Below, one piece after another: positions 25,999 through 35,936 of a stretch of 64,000 bases of DNA. The stretch covers positions 26,777 through 90,776 of the forward strand of contig CAIOAT010000038.1 in NCBI GenBank assembly GCA_903856085.1, written 5' to 3'. The position numbers and the translations under genes were made by a program. Below the pieces are notes generated by a model. The model was not told the origin of the DNA. It saw nothing but the letters and a program-made list of their open reading frames with translations, and searched no databases. The DNA comes from Candidatus Omnitrophota bacterium (lineage in GTDB: Bacteria > Omnitrophota > Omnitrophia > Omnitrophales > Aquincolibacteriaceae). How positions within the stretch are numbered: the stretch's first letter is position 1; every line of letters starts with the position of its first letter.

Positions 25999-27516
25999 TT
26001 ATGCATCGAAATAACTTTCATATCCCAAAGCATAGCGAGTCCCCGCAAGCTTGTTAAAAATCCTTAAAAGAAACAAAAACAAAATTGCCTCGACTGGAAA
26101 TTGGAACCGCTTAAATTTAAATCTTAAATAGACTAGCGGATACAGCAATTTATTGATAATAAAAACAGCCCACCGCTGTTTTTCAGGGATAAGTTTATAA
26201 AAATCCGGATTGGCAAGCGGTAAGTAAAAATTGGCAAAGATCTCAAGCGCCCACCGGTAATCTTTTTTAAACCACGGCGCATGGAACTTCCTGAGCGTGT
26301 ACGTGGCCCAGTCGGCCAACCGCTCAGGAGCCTTCAGACCATGCTGCAAAGCCTTTGCATAAAGTTCGGTCCCCGGATAGGGCGTATAAAAAAAGATCCG
26401 GGCTCGCAGCGATGGGTCGGTCAACTTCGCCTGACGGATCATATCGAGCGTGAGACGAATGTCTTTATCGGGATTATCCGGAAACCCCACCATCGTTGAA
26501 AAAAGCGGCGTGATCCGGTGCCGTTTCAACAACGCAGCAAACCGAAGATTATCTTCAACCTTGGCTTCCTTGGCGATCAGATCCAGAACTTCCTGATCTC
26601 CGGACTCGGCCCCGATGTAAACCTGCCGGCACCCGGACCTATAAAGAAGCTCCAGATCTTCCTCCTTGAAGATCTTCAAAAAAAGACCGGCATGAGCGCT
26701 CGTATCCCACAAAAGATCCAATTTCTGGTCGATGAGTTCCTTTGCCAATTCCAGAGCAAAGGCTTTATTGACAAAAAAGTTGTCGTCGTCAAAGGTAACG
26801 CTGTCGATCCGCGCCTGTTTCTTAAAAAACCTCAGGTCCGTGATCACATCTGCCACTTTTTTCCGGTACCATTTCCGGCCATAGATCTTTGCAACGCAGC
26901 AGAACTTACAATTGTAAGGACAGCCATGACTGCAAAAATAACCGATACATCGATTGGAGTAAGCGCTTTTAAAAACATACGGGTTGAAATCTAGCAACCG
27001 ATAATCCACTTCCGGAAATTGGTTGATATCCTGGAAACTGGCGGGAGGATTGACGAGGATCTTGTCTTTCTTTTTAGAGCCCACGCCCGGAACACCGGAA
27101 GGGTCACGTGATGCCATCAATTCTTCCACAAGCTTTTGAAAAGGCATCTCCCCTTGGCCGCAAATCACGTAATCCACATAAGGCTCGATCAACACCTGTT
27201 CGGGCAAAAGTGTCGCGTGCCACCCGCCCCAAACAACGGGAACATCGATGAGCTTTTTGACCGCTTGGGAGAACCGGATACCGCCCAAGATCTGATGACC
27301 GGTCATCGCGCTTACACCGGCCAAAAGCAATCGGTCTTTGACCGATTCAAGGATCGGGAGATAATCCCGAGAAGTCTGTTCATTAATGAAAATAACTTCC
27401 AGACCTTTTCCGCGGATCATGCGCTCGAGATACAGCAGCGCATAAGGAATTCGTCCCCGCTGTTCACCCTGCCAAGGCGAAGGATAGAACAAAACGATCA
27501 CATTCTTCTCAGACAT
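25999..27516 (-). CDS. B12-binding domain-containing radical SAM enzyme (class B radical SAM)
   Basis: The N-terminal B12-binding Rossmann region (IVLFYPSPWQG..) precedes the radical SAM cluster CSHGCPYNCKFC. The start is reassigned to the ATG at 27516. Confidence 0.8.
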   Translation of the reverse strand: MSEKNVIVLFYPSPWQGEQRGRIPYALLYLERMIRGKGLEVIFINEQTSRDYLPILESVKDRLLLAGVSAMTGHQILGGIRFSQAVKKLIDVPVVWGGWHATLLPEQVLIEPYVDYVICGQGEMPFQKLVEELMASRDPSGVPGVGSKKKDKILVNPPASFQDINQFPEVDYRLLDFNPYVFKSAYSNRCIGYFCSHGCPYNCKFCCVAKIYGRKWYRKKVADVITDLRFFKKQARIDSVTFDDDNFFVNKAFALELAKELIDQKLDLLWDTSAHAGLFLKIFKEEDLELLYRSGCRQVYIGAESGDQEVLDLIAKEAKVEDNLRFAALLKRHRITPLFSTMVGFPDNPDKDIRLTLDMIRQAKLTDPSLRARIFFYTPYPGTELYAKALQHGLKAPERLADWATYTLRKFHAPWFKKDYRWALEIFANFYLPLANPDFYKLIPEKQRWAVFIINKLLYPLVYLRFKFKRFQFPVEAILFLFLLRIFNKLAGTRYALGYESYFDA

Positions 27517-27580
27517 GGGACTCCTTGAACTCCTTGATGAAAATATGTGACAGTCCCGTATTGGCCACGCGGAACTGCGG

Positions 27581-28495
27581 TCAACGCTTTCGAGCAACCA
27601 CAATCATTCTCCCCGCCCCCCACGGACAAAGCAAATAGCCCGCGAGCTGACAGATCATAAATTTCAACCCATGGGGTAGTGAGTTGAAACATTGCGCTAA
27701 TATTTTTTGAATGCCGGGAGCAGCATGCAAAGCATGATAGCGAATACTCCGTATCATATCCTCCGCGACCACCTCCCCCTGGATGGAAATCTCGCAAAAT
27801 CCAATGCCCTTTAAGATCCTGGACAATCCCCCCTTCGTAAAATGCACCCTGTGGCGAGGCAAATCAAACCCATGCCAAAACTTCCCGAATTTTTTCGCTT
27901 CCCAGGAGTCCATCCGGGGAAGCTTTAAAAATAGAATCCCTCCCCGTGCAAGCCCCTTCTGATAAATCTTCTCAAGACATTCGCGGAATCCATCGAGATG
28001 CTCCAACACATGCCTTGCAACAATGACATCCCACGGCCTTTCAAACCGCATCTCCGAAGCGAACACCTGATTGAGATGAATGTCATATTGGCTCGCCGCG
28101 AATCTTACTCCTTGCCCCCCCGGCTCAATCCCAGACACCTCAAACCCGCGATCTTTTGCCGCGCGAAGGAATTCCCCTCGTCCAGCGCCCACCTCAAAAA
28201 GAAACTTCTGCCCCGGATCTAAATACGCAGAGATCTTTTTCAGATCACTTCCGTATTTAATCTTTTGCAAAAACCCCCAAAATGTTTTTTTGGGAACATA
28301 CGCTTCAAAATCGTCGGGATAATAGATCGAAAATTCATCCGGGGGCAATGCCGGAAAACTGTACCCAATCTCACAGATGCTACAATAGCTGACACCAAAA
28401 GCCGGCGATCGACCGTCCAGCAAAAAAAAATCGGCTCCGTCGTTGAACAAAACCTTCGTCATGCCACCACAGATCCGGCATTCTTTTATGTCCAT
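27581..28495 (-). CDS. Class I SAM-dependent methyltransferase with an N-terminal zinc-ribbon
   Basis: CRICGG...CSICE is a zinc ribbon. Motif I is LFEVGAGRGEF. The acidic motif is DVIVARHVLEHL. Confidence 0.7.
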   Translation of the reverse strand: MDIKECRICGGMTKVLFNDGADFFLLDGRSPAFGVSYCSICEIGYSFPALPPDEFSIYYPDDFEAYVPKKTFWGFLQKIKYGSDLKKISAYLDPGQKFLFEVGAGRGEFLRAAKDRGFEVSGIEPGGQGVRFAASQYDIHLNQVFASEMRFERPWDVIVARHVLEHLDGFRECLEKIYQKGLARGGILFLKLPRMDSWEAKKFGKFWHGFDLPRHRVHFTKGGLSRILKGIGFCEISIQGEVVAEDMIRSIRYHALHAAPGIQKILAQCFNSLPHGLKFMICQLAGYLLCPWGAGRMIVVARKR

Positions 28496-28528
28496 AAAAA
28501 CTTCAACACCCTTCCCTTCAAATCATCT

Positions 28529-29695
28529 TTAAAGCTGTTGGTACACTTCGTGGATCCTTTGGCCGACCGCGTTCCAGGACAGATGCTCAACGGCTCTTTG
28601 ACGGGCTTTTTCTCCGAGATTCTTACAGGAAGCCGGATTTTGTATCGCCCATAGGATCTTCGCAGCCAGAGATTGAGCATCCTCCCTCTCAGCAAAAATA
28701 CCGCATTCCGCCAAGATCTCACGCGAGACAGAACGGTCAAAAGCAACCGTCGCCATTCCCATCGCCATATAGTTATAGATCTTTCCATCCCCTTCCGTGA
28801 CCGCGATCTTGGGGGCCACGGCAATATCCGATAAAGCCAGATACTCCGGTAGCAAGGCATAATCCACGCGCCCCAAAAACTTCACATGGTCTGCAATGCC
28901 GTACTGGTCACAGAGTGTCTTATAAGTCTCAATATTGGGATAACCGATCACGATGAACTGCGTCTGGAGAATCTCAAGGGCAACTGTCCGAAACGCTTGG
29001 AACATAAGATCCACCCCCTGATAAGACTCCAAAAGCCCCATGTAAAGAACCCTCGGCTTCGATCGATCGATGCCCACGCGCTCGGCTAATGCCAAAGGGA
29101 ATGGCCGGGGATAAAAAACATCCGTGTCCACTCCATCGCGCACATTCCTCTTCCGTTGCGGGGAGACCCCGAAAGATCCCAGTTCTTTCATCATGCTTTC
29201 CGATTGAGTGATCACAAAAAACCATCCGGCGATCCGCCGTTCCAAAAAAGAAAAGAATTGATGACGAAGTCCGCGTTTCCGGATGAAACGATGCTGCAAC
29301 AATTCCCCGGTCAAGGAACCTTGCATATCAAAAAGATATTTTGTTTTTCTGAAAAAAATGCGGCAGAAACGGGCAATGAGCGCTCCTTCATGGAGGTGGG
29401 CATGGATCACATCCGGCTTGAACTTAAGGATCGTTCGAATGACCGTAGCCGTTAAAAAAGGCAGAAGCAATATTTTGCTAAAACTCGGACCCGCCGAAAG
29501 CTTGTGGTACCAAGGCAGGCAAAAACACCTTACGATGGAAATGCCGGGGACGTCCCGACCGATCCCGTAGGTGCAAAGAACAACCTCGACATTTTCTTTT
29601 TGAAGCGCTTTGATCTCTTCATAGATCTGAACATGGCAGCCGCGGTCCGCGAAGAAAGGAGTGGGGGCGATCATGAGAACTTTCATTGCAGGCAA
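28529..29695 (-). CDS. Glycosyltransferase family 4 (GT-B, Glycos_transf_1)
   Basis: 388 aa. The N-terminal GT4 fold is MKVLMIAPTPFFADRGCHV. The C-terminal E-x7-E-like region is LGLLESYQGVDLM..EGDGKIYNYMAMGMATVAFD. Confidence 0.8.
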   Translation of the reverse strand: MPAMKVLMIAPTPFFADRGCHVQIYEEIKALQKENVEVVLCTYGIGRDVPGISIVRCFCLPWYHKLSAGPSFSKILLLPFLTATVIRTILKFKPDVIHAHLHEGALIARFCRIFFRKTKYLFDMQGSLTGELLQHRFIRKRGLRHQFFSFLERRIAGWFFVITQSESMMKELGSFGVSPQRKRNVRDGVDTDVFYPRPFPLALAERVGIDRSKPRVLYMGLLESYQGVDLMFQAFRTVALEILQTQFIVIGYPNIETYKTLCDQYGIADHVKFLGRVDYALLPEYLALSDIAVAPKIAVTEGDGKIYNYMAMGMATVAFDRSVSREILAECGIFAEREDAQSLAAKILWAIQNPASCKNLGEKARQRAVEHLSWNAVGQRIHEVYQQL

Positions 29696-29711
29696 ACAAG
29701 ATCCTTGCGGA

Positions 29712-30857
29712 TCACCTTAGAAATTCCAGGATTTTTTCAGAGACATAAGCCACTTCCTCATCCTTCAGCCTCAAGTGGAGCGGAAGGCTCACGGCTTCGC
29801 GCGAAGCCTTTTCAGCATTCGGACATGTTCCCAAAGCATACCGGTACATGGGATATTCCGAATTAATCCGGTAATGGACTCCCGGAAAGATATCGTGCTT
29901 ATTCAAAAAAAGGATCAATTCATTACGGGAATTTTCAGAAACGCGGATCTGGAATAAATGACGGGAGGACAGACAATCCGGAAGATATTCGGAAAAATGG
30001 ATCTGTTTGTGTTTGCCCAGCCGGCGTTCGTAAATTCCGCATAGCTCCCGCCGCCGTTTATTACCCTCTTCCAAATACTTTAGCTGCACCAGACAGATCG
30101 CGGCCATCACGGAATTGCCGTGGGCTTTCAGCCCGACATGAGGAACATCGTATTCCCATTTATAATTCCCCCTCTCCGAACCTGTGCCTGACCTCAAAAA
30201 AGTGTCCTTGTCGATCCCAAGCCACCCTTCCATGCGAACGCGAACATCCAACGCCCCGTCACAAAAACAGATCATCCCCGAATCCGCCGACGGAAGATTT
30301 TTCACGGCCTGAAAAGAAAAAACCGTGCAGTCGATACCATGCCCCACATGCTTTTCCTGATAATAAGTACCGGCCATATGCGCCGCATCAAGGATCAGCT
30401 TTAAATTTCTTTTTTTGCAGAGATCCCTCACATCCTTTAATCTGCCGGCATTCCCGGCCATCCCGACGAACATCACAGCTCTTGTTCTGGGCGTGATCCT
30501 TTGCTCAATCGAATGGGGATCAAGGCATAACGTCTCATCCACATCCGCAAAAACCGGACGCAACCGCTCATAGAGGATCGCATGGTTGGTGGACACAAAG
30601 GTCAGGGGCGTGGTGATCACTTCGTCTCCATCCTTCCAACCCAACTCGTCCTTAAAGATCTTTAAAGCCAGATGCAACCCGACTGTATTCGAGTTAAGAA
30701 AATAAGCAAAGGGCAGTCCTGTGTGCTTTTTCCAAGCGTCCTCAAATTGGTTTGTTTTAAAGCCAATGCCCGTCCACCCGACCTCAAGACATTCCCGGAT
30801 CTCCGCGAGACATTCTTCCACATGGAATTGAGGCGCGAACAGTTGTATCTTGCTCAT
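29712..30857 (-). CDS. DegT/DnrJ/EryC1/StrS-family PLP-dependent sugar aminotransferase
   Basis: 381-aa fold-type I aminotransferase. The PLP lysine context is FSFQAVKNLPSADSG. The gene overlaps the upstream GT2 gene by 4 nt. Confidence 0.8.
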   Translation of the reverse strand: MSKIQLFAPQFHVEECLAEIRECLEVGWTGIGFKTNQFEDAWKKHTGLPFAYFLNSNTVGLHLALKIFKDELGWKDGDEVITTPLTFVSTNHAILYERLRPVFADVDETLCLDPHSIEQRITPRTRAVMFVGMAGNAGRLKDVRDLCKKRNLKLILDAAHMAGTYYQEKHVGHGIDCTVFSFQAVKNLPSADSGMICFCDGALDVRVRMEGWLGIDKDTFLRSGTGSERGNYKWEYDVPHVGLKAHGNSVMAAICLVQLKYLEEGNKRRRELCGIYERRLGKHKQIHFSEYLPDCLSSRHLFQIRVSENSRNELILFLNKHDIFPGVHYRINSEYPMYRYALGTCPNAEKASREAVSLPLHLRLKDEEVAYVSEKILEFLR

Positions 30858-31810
30858 TGGCCGCTGTCCGTTCTCTCAAAAACTTCCTGGACATTGTAGG
30901 GTCTATCTTTGGTATTGGCGTAATAACTCTTGGAAAGCATATCCGCGATCAATCCTAGGACAAAAAGCAGCACGCCGGTCAGAACGAGAAAGGCAGACAG
31001 GATCGGCCATGCGGTGTGGCCTATTTTCCCCAATAAAAGATAAAGATAGAGAGCGTAAAGGAAAGTCACAAATCCGAGCGCTATGGATACCAATCCCATG
31101 CCTCCCAGAAGATGCAGCGGGCGCACCGCATATTTGTTCCAGAACCATACCGAGATCATATCGACAAACCCCTTCAGGGCTCGCCGCCAATCATACTTGG
31201 TTTTCCCGTATTTTCTCGGCCGGTGATTCACGACGATCTCTCCGACCCGGAAGCCTTTGATCTTTAAAATCGCCGGGATAAAGCGGTGCATTTCTCCATA
31301 GAGATCGATCTGTCGGAAGCATTCCTTTTTATAGACCTTAAGGGAGCAACCGCTATCATGAATGCCGTCCTGAATGAGAAACCCTTTGAGAAAATTAGCG
31401 GTCCTTGAGACGAACCGTTTAAGAAAGGGATCCATTCTTTTCTTCCGCCATCCGGAGACAACATCAAGGCCATTCTCTTGGAGATACTGGATCAATTTGG
31501 GGATATCATGCGGATCATTTTGTCCATCTCCGTCCATGGTAATCACGAGAGGATGTCGGGCTTGCTTGATCCCGGCATCGAGCGCAGCGGTCTGTCCAAA
31601 ATTACGCCGGAAACGGATCACCTTGACAGGGGCCAATGATTGGGCGACTTCGAAAGTCTTATCCGTCGAGCCATCATCCGCTAAAATAATTTCGTAGATA
31701 TAGCGGTTCTCCTCACAAACAGATTTTATCTCGCGAAAAATCTCCGGGATATTCTCTGCTTCGTTAAAAACCGGGATGACGATCGAGACAGAATCTATAG
31801 CATCTTTCAA
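30854..31810 (-). CDS. GT2 polyprenol-phosphate sugar synthase (GtrB/ArnC-like) with two C-terminal TM helices
   Basis: VSIVIPVFNEAENI..ILADDGSTDKT..MDGDGQNDPHDIP is the DXD region. The C-terminal helices are LHLLGGMGLVSIALGFVTFLYALYLYLLL and ILSAFLVLTGVLLFVLGLIADML. Confidence 0.75.
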   Translation of the reverse strand: MKDAIDSVSIVIPVFNEAENIPEIFREIKSVCEENRYIYEIILADDGSTDKTFEVAQSLAPVKVIRFRRNFGQTAALDAGIKQARHPLVITMDGDGQNDPHDIPKLIQYLQENGLDVVSGWRKKRMDPFLKRFVSRTANFLKGFLIQDGIHDSGCSLKVYKKECFRQIDLYGEMHRFIPAILKIKGFRVGEIVVNHRPRKYGKTKYDWRRALKGFVDMISVWFWNKYAVRPLHLLGGMGLVSIALGFVTFLYALYLYLLLGKIGHTAWPILSAFLVLTGVLLFVLGLIADMLSKSYYANTKDRPYNVQEVFERTDSGQ

Positions 31811-31834
31811 AGTCAGACCTCCTTTGAGATCCTG

Positions 31835-32491
31835 CTAGGATTTGAAACCCGCGAGAAAAAACTGCGCGTTGTGTGTCGCTTCGAACTCACGAATGGCTTT
31901 TTCTTCCTTGAGGGTAATCCCGATATCATCGAGCCCGAGAAGGAACCGCTCTTTGACCGACGGATCGATCTCGAAGCGGAAAATTTCATCGCCCGTAGCG
32001 GTGTGCACCATGATGGTTTGATCCATCAAATGGATGGTCGCCTCAAGACCCGGATCGCGTTGAACCAATTGGAAGATCTTCTCGACTTCGGCCTCGGAAA
32101 GCTCAATGGTTAAAAGACCGTTCTTGAAACTATTATTCCTGAAGATATCCGCAAACCCCGGGAGACGATCTTTCCCTTCCCCGGACCATGGGGCAATGAC
32201 CACCCGAAAACCATACTGACAGATCGCCCAAACCGCATGTTCACGACTGGAACCGCATCCAAAGTTGTTTCGAGCGACCAGGATCGTCGCATTTTGATAC
32301 TCTTCCCGGTTCAGAATAAATTCCGGATTGTTTTTTCCTCCGGGAAGATACCGCCAATCATAAAAAAGCGATTCTCCGAATCCCGTGCGAGCAATAGATT
32401 TCAAAAATTGTTTGGGAATGATCGCGTCCGTATCGACATTCGCACGATCCAGCGGCAGGATCACACCTCTAAAATTCTCGAACGCCTTCAT
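31835..32491 (-). CDS. leuD: 3-isopropylmalate dehydratase small subunit
   Basis: 218 aa, [31 protein letters not shown]... It is the typical LeuD/aconitase swivel domain and directly follows leuC. Confidence 0.9.
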   Translation of the reverse strand: MKAFENFRGVILPLDRANVDTDAIIPKQFLKSIARTGFGESLFYDWRYLPGGKNNPEFILNREEYQNATILVARNNFGCGSSREHAVWAICQYGFRVVIAPWSGEGKDRLPGFADIFRNNSFKNGLLTIELSEAEVEKIFQLVQRDPGLEATIHLMDQTIMVHTATGDEIFRFEIDPSVKERFLLGLDDIGITLKEEKAIREFEATHNAQFFLAGFKS

Positions 32492-33906
32492 GCTCCCACC
32501 TTCAGCTTTCTAATATCCACAAAATGCCCTGCCACGGCAGCCGCAGCCGCCATTTCAGCACCCACAAGATGCGTGCGGCCATCCTTGCCCTGGCGCCCCT
32601 CAAAATTACGGTTCGAGGTTGAAGCGCAACGCTCCTCGGGTTTCAGCTGGTCTGGATTCATGGCAAGGCACATGCTGCATCCGGATTCGCGCCATTCACA
32701 CCCCGCCGCCAAAAAGACCTTATCAAGCCCCTCGGCCTCGGCTTGCTTTTTCACCTGTTGGGAACCCGGCACCACAAGCACGCGAACATTCTTGGCGACT
32801 TGATGCCCTCTAAGATATTTTGCGGCAGCACGCAAATCTTCGATGCGACCGTTCGTACAACTTCCGATAAAAACCGTGTCGATCTTGATGTCCGTGATCA
32901 GCATCCCGGATTTCAGCCCCATGTACCTCAAGGATTGCTCAACATCCGCCTTGCTGTAGCCCGGAACTTTATCCGGTTCGGGTACACACCCGTCCACATC
33001 TACGACCATGCCGGGGCTTGTCCCCCAAGTCACTTGCGGTGCAATCTTGGACGCATCGATCGTAAGCTCTTTGTCGAATTTCGCTCCTGGATCGGTGAAA
33101 AGGGTTTTCCAATAAGCCAGGGCTTTTTCAAAATCTTTCCCCTTCGGCGCAAAGGGCCGATTCCCTGCGCCAATATACCGAAATGCCACATCATCCGGCG
33201 CGATCATGCCCGCGCGAGCACCAGCCTCGATCGTCATATTGCAAACGGTCATACGCGCTTCCATGGAAAGAGCGCGTATCGCCTCGCCGCAATATTCGAT
33301 CGCACAACCCGTTGCACCTGCGGTCCCGATCATCCCGATCAGTTTAAGAACCATATCTTTCGCGGAGACAGGTTCTTTCACCCGCCCTGTGAATTCAACT
33401 TTAAAAGTCTTGGGTTTTTTCTGCAACAAACACTGGGTCGCGAGCACGTGCTCCACCTCGGAAGTCCCGATCCCGAACGCAAGCGCGCCAAAAGCACCGT
33501 GCGTCGCAGTATGGGAATCACCGCAGACAATGGTCGTTCCGGGAAGTGTGATTCCGAGCTCCGGACCAACGATATGCACCACCCCCTGCTTGTCGCTATG
33601 AAGATCAAAAAGTGTCACGCCGAATTCTTTGCAATTTTTGGCCAGCGCTTCGATCTGGGCCTTGGCAATGAGGTCTTTGATATTGAAACGATCGACGGTA
33701 GGAACATTGTGGTCCATCGTGGCAAAGGTAAGCTCCGGATGACGAACCTTACGACCCGAAAGCCGCAGCCCTTCGAACGCCTGCGCGCTTGTCACTTCGT
33801 GAACCAATTGCCGGTCAATGTAGAGAAGCGCCGTTCCGTCCGGGAACGTTTTCACTACGTGCGAGTTCCATATTTTTTCGAAGAGTGTTTTTGGCATAAG
33901 CCTCAT
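32488..33906 (-). CDS. leuC: 3-isopropylmalate dehydratase large subunit
   Basis: 472 aa with aconitase-family motifs (..VCGDSHT.., ..[11 protein letters not shown].., ..SMCLAMNPD..). Confidence 0.9.
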   Translation of the reverse strand: MRLMPKTLFEKIWNSHVVKTFPDGTALLYIDRQLVHEVTSAQAFEGLRLSGRKVRHPELTFATMDHNVPTVDRFNIKDLIAKAQIEALAKNCKEFGVTLFDLHSDKQGVVHIVGPELGITLPGTTIVCGDSHTATHGAFGALAFGIGTSEVEHVLATQCLLQKKPKTFKVEFTGRVKEPVSAKDMVLKLIGMIGTAGATGCAIEYCGEAIRALSMEARMTVCNMTIEAGARAGMIAPDDVAFRYIGAGNRPFAPKGKDFEKALAYWKTLFTDPGAKFDKELTIDASKIAPQVTWGTSPGMVVDVDGCVPEPDKVPGYSKADVEQSLRYMGLKSGMLITDIKIDTVFIGSCTNGRIEDLRAAAKYLRGHQVAKNVRVLVVPGSQQVKKQAEAEGLDKVFLAAGCEWRESGCSMCLAMNPDQLKPEERCASTSNRNFEGRQGKDGRTHLVGAEMAAAAAVAGHFVDIRKLKVGA

Positions 33907-34104
33907 AATTATATGAATTTACGATTAATGCGCAAGGATTGTAAATCGGTACGGTGTGCGGCGTAGGGCATCCCACACCTTTATCGTTATCCCCAGCACA
34001 CCTTGCGCCATACTTAGATTTCGGAACCAATCTCGGGACAAAGAACTTGTGCGTCATTCTCTTATCGAACATAATACGTCACGACCAGTGAACATTGAGG
34101 CATT

Positions 34105-35907
34105 ATGAATCTAAAGCCCCTATCCACGCGAACCTGTTTGCTCCTGATCCTGTTCTTCGGGATCGCGGCCTATTCCAATACCCTCACCAGCTCCTTTCAG
34201 TTTGACGATGTCCCGACCATCTTAGAAAATCATTCCCTCCAACCTCTCAATCTCGCGAAAATCTGGAGTTACCACCCTCCTCGTTTCATCACAGATCTCA
34301 GCTTCGCCTTCAATCTCTATCTGGCGGGTTTCCAAACATGGAGCTTTCACATTTTCAATCTCCTCATACATCTTTTCACTTCGCTGATCGTCTTCCAACT
34401 CACACTATGGATCCTCAGAACCCCTTCCATGGAAAATAAGATCCCATCTTCCCAACAGCATCTTTTCGCCTTGATCACTGCGCTTTTATTTACAGCACAT
34501 CCCCTGCAGACCGAAGCGGTGACCTATATCTCGCAGCGCGCGACTTCGTTGGCGACCCTTTTTTATTTAGCGGCGCTCTGGATGTATCTCAGGGCACGTC
34601 TTGAGAACGCTCGTCACTACGGGGCTGTTTTCATTTTCATGTTGGCAGCCATGTTTACCAAAGAGATCAGCTTCACCCTTCCCTTCGCCATTCTACTTTT
34701 GGAGTTATTCTTTTTCCCAATATCTGAAAAAGAACCCCTGAGCAAAAAACTCCTCCGCTGGACTCCTTTCGCGGCATTTCTGGTGATCATCCCGCTGCTC
34801 TATCTAACGAACGCCTACATTCTCGTGCGCGATGGGGGATCCATCAACATCATCCCCCCCTCCACCGCAAACACCATCTCCAGGTGGGATTACCTCCTAA
34901 CCCAGTTCCGCGTCATGAGAACCTATCTGCGACTTCTTGTTTTTCCGGTCAACCAATGCATCGACTATGACTATCGCCTTTCATCGGGCTGGGAAGATCC
35001 CGATGTATGGGCTGCTTTTTCATTACTCCTTAGCATCTTCCTCCTGAGCTTTGCTTTTGTTAAAAAAAATCGGCTCATTTCCTTTGGTATTTTATGGTTC
35101 TTCCTGACCCTCAGCGTCGAGTCGACGATTATCCCCCTTCCCGATTTTATACTAGAACACCGCCTTTACCTTCCCATGTTCGGCTTTGCTCTCTTCTCGA
35201 CATCTCTTTTATGGATGCTCTCAAAATCTATCAAACTTTTTACGGCTATCTCACTGTCCGTCGTTGTTATCTTTTCAAGCATGACTTATTTCCGTAATGA
35301 GGTATGGAAAAATCCTTTAACCTTGTGGCAGGATGCGGTAAAAAATTCTCCTAACAAATGGCGCCCTTATGCCAATCTCGGCACCGCTTACGCCGAAGAA
35401 TTGAGCGATGTAAAAACCGCGCTCCTGTATTACCACAAGGCACTCAAGCCAGGATCTTACCCCATTAATCTTCTGTCCAACATGGCTACTGCTTATTCCC
35501 GATTGGGGGATTCTAAAGCAAGCGCCTCTTATCAAGCCTTGGCGCTTTCTCTTACGAATTCGGGAGACCGTGCTTTGCGAGGCATTCTTTATTTTAATCA
35601 GGTCGATGCTTTGAGAAATAAAGGGGAAATGGCCGGAGCCATCAACGTATTGAAAAAAGCCATCGAAAACACCCCTCAAAACCATCTTTTTCATGTCAAG
35701 CTTGGGGAACTCTACCGTGAATCGGGACAGGAGGATGCAGCGATCGCTGCTTTCCGTAGAGCGATTGAGTTGGCGCCCTTATCCGAGGACGGCTACGATG
35801 CCCTCGCTCTTTTTTATAAAGAAAAAGGGGACAAACAGAAGGCTCTTGCTGTACTAGTGGAATATCTGACTTATAAAAAGAAACACAAGCCTTTGTTTGG
35901 AAATTAA
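34105..35907 (+). CDS. TMTC-like GT-C membrane glycosyltransferase with C-terminal TPR repeats (paralog A)
   Basis: SFQFDDVPTILENHSLQPLN is the FxFDD motif. About 10-11 TM helices are followed by TPRs and a conserved tail ..GDKQKALAVLVEYLTYKKKHKPLFGN. Confidence 0.75.
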   Translation: MNLKPLSTRTCLLLILFFGIAAYSNTLTSSFQFDDVPTILENHSLQPLNLAKIWSYHPPRFITDLSFAFNLYLAGFQTWSFHIFNLLIHLFTSLIVFQLTLWILRTPSMENKIPSSQQHLFALITALLFTAHPLQTEAVTYISQRATSLATLFYLAALWMYLRARLENARHYGAVFIFMLAAMFTKEISFTLPFAILLLELFFFPISEKEPLSKKLLRWTPFAAFLVIIPLLYLTNAYILVRDGGSINIIPPSTANTISRWDYLLTQFRVMRTYLRLLVFPVNQCIDYDYRLSSGWEDPDVWAAFSLLLSIFLLSFAFVKKNRLISFGILWFFLTLSVESTIIPLPDFILEHRLYLPMFGFALFSTSLLWMLSKSIKLFTAISLSVVVIFSSMTYFRNEVWKNPLTLWQDAVKNSPNKWRPYANLGTAYAEELSDVKTALLYYHKALKPGSYPINLLSNMATAYSRLGDSKASASYQALALSLTNSGDRALRGILYFNQVDALRNKGEMAGAINVLKKAIENTPQNHLFHVKLGELYRESGQEDAAIAAFRRAIELAPLSEDGYDALALFYKEKGDKQKALAVLVEYLTYKKKHKPLFGN

Positions 35908-35936
35908 AACATCCCAACAGTGAACATTGAGGCATT

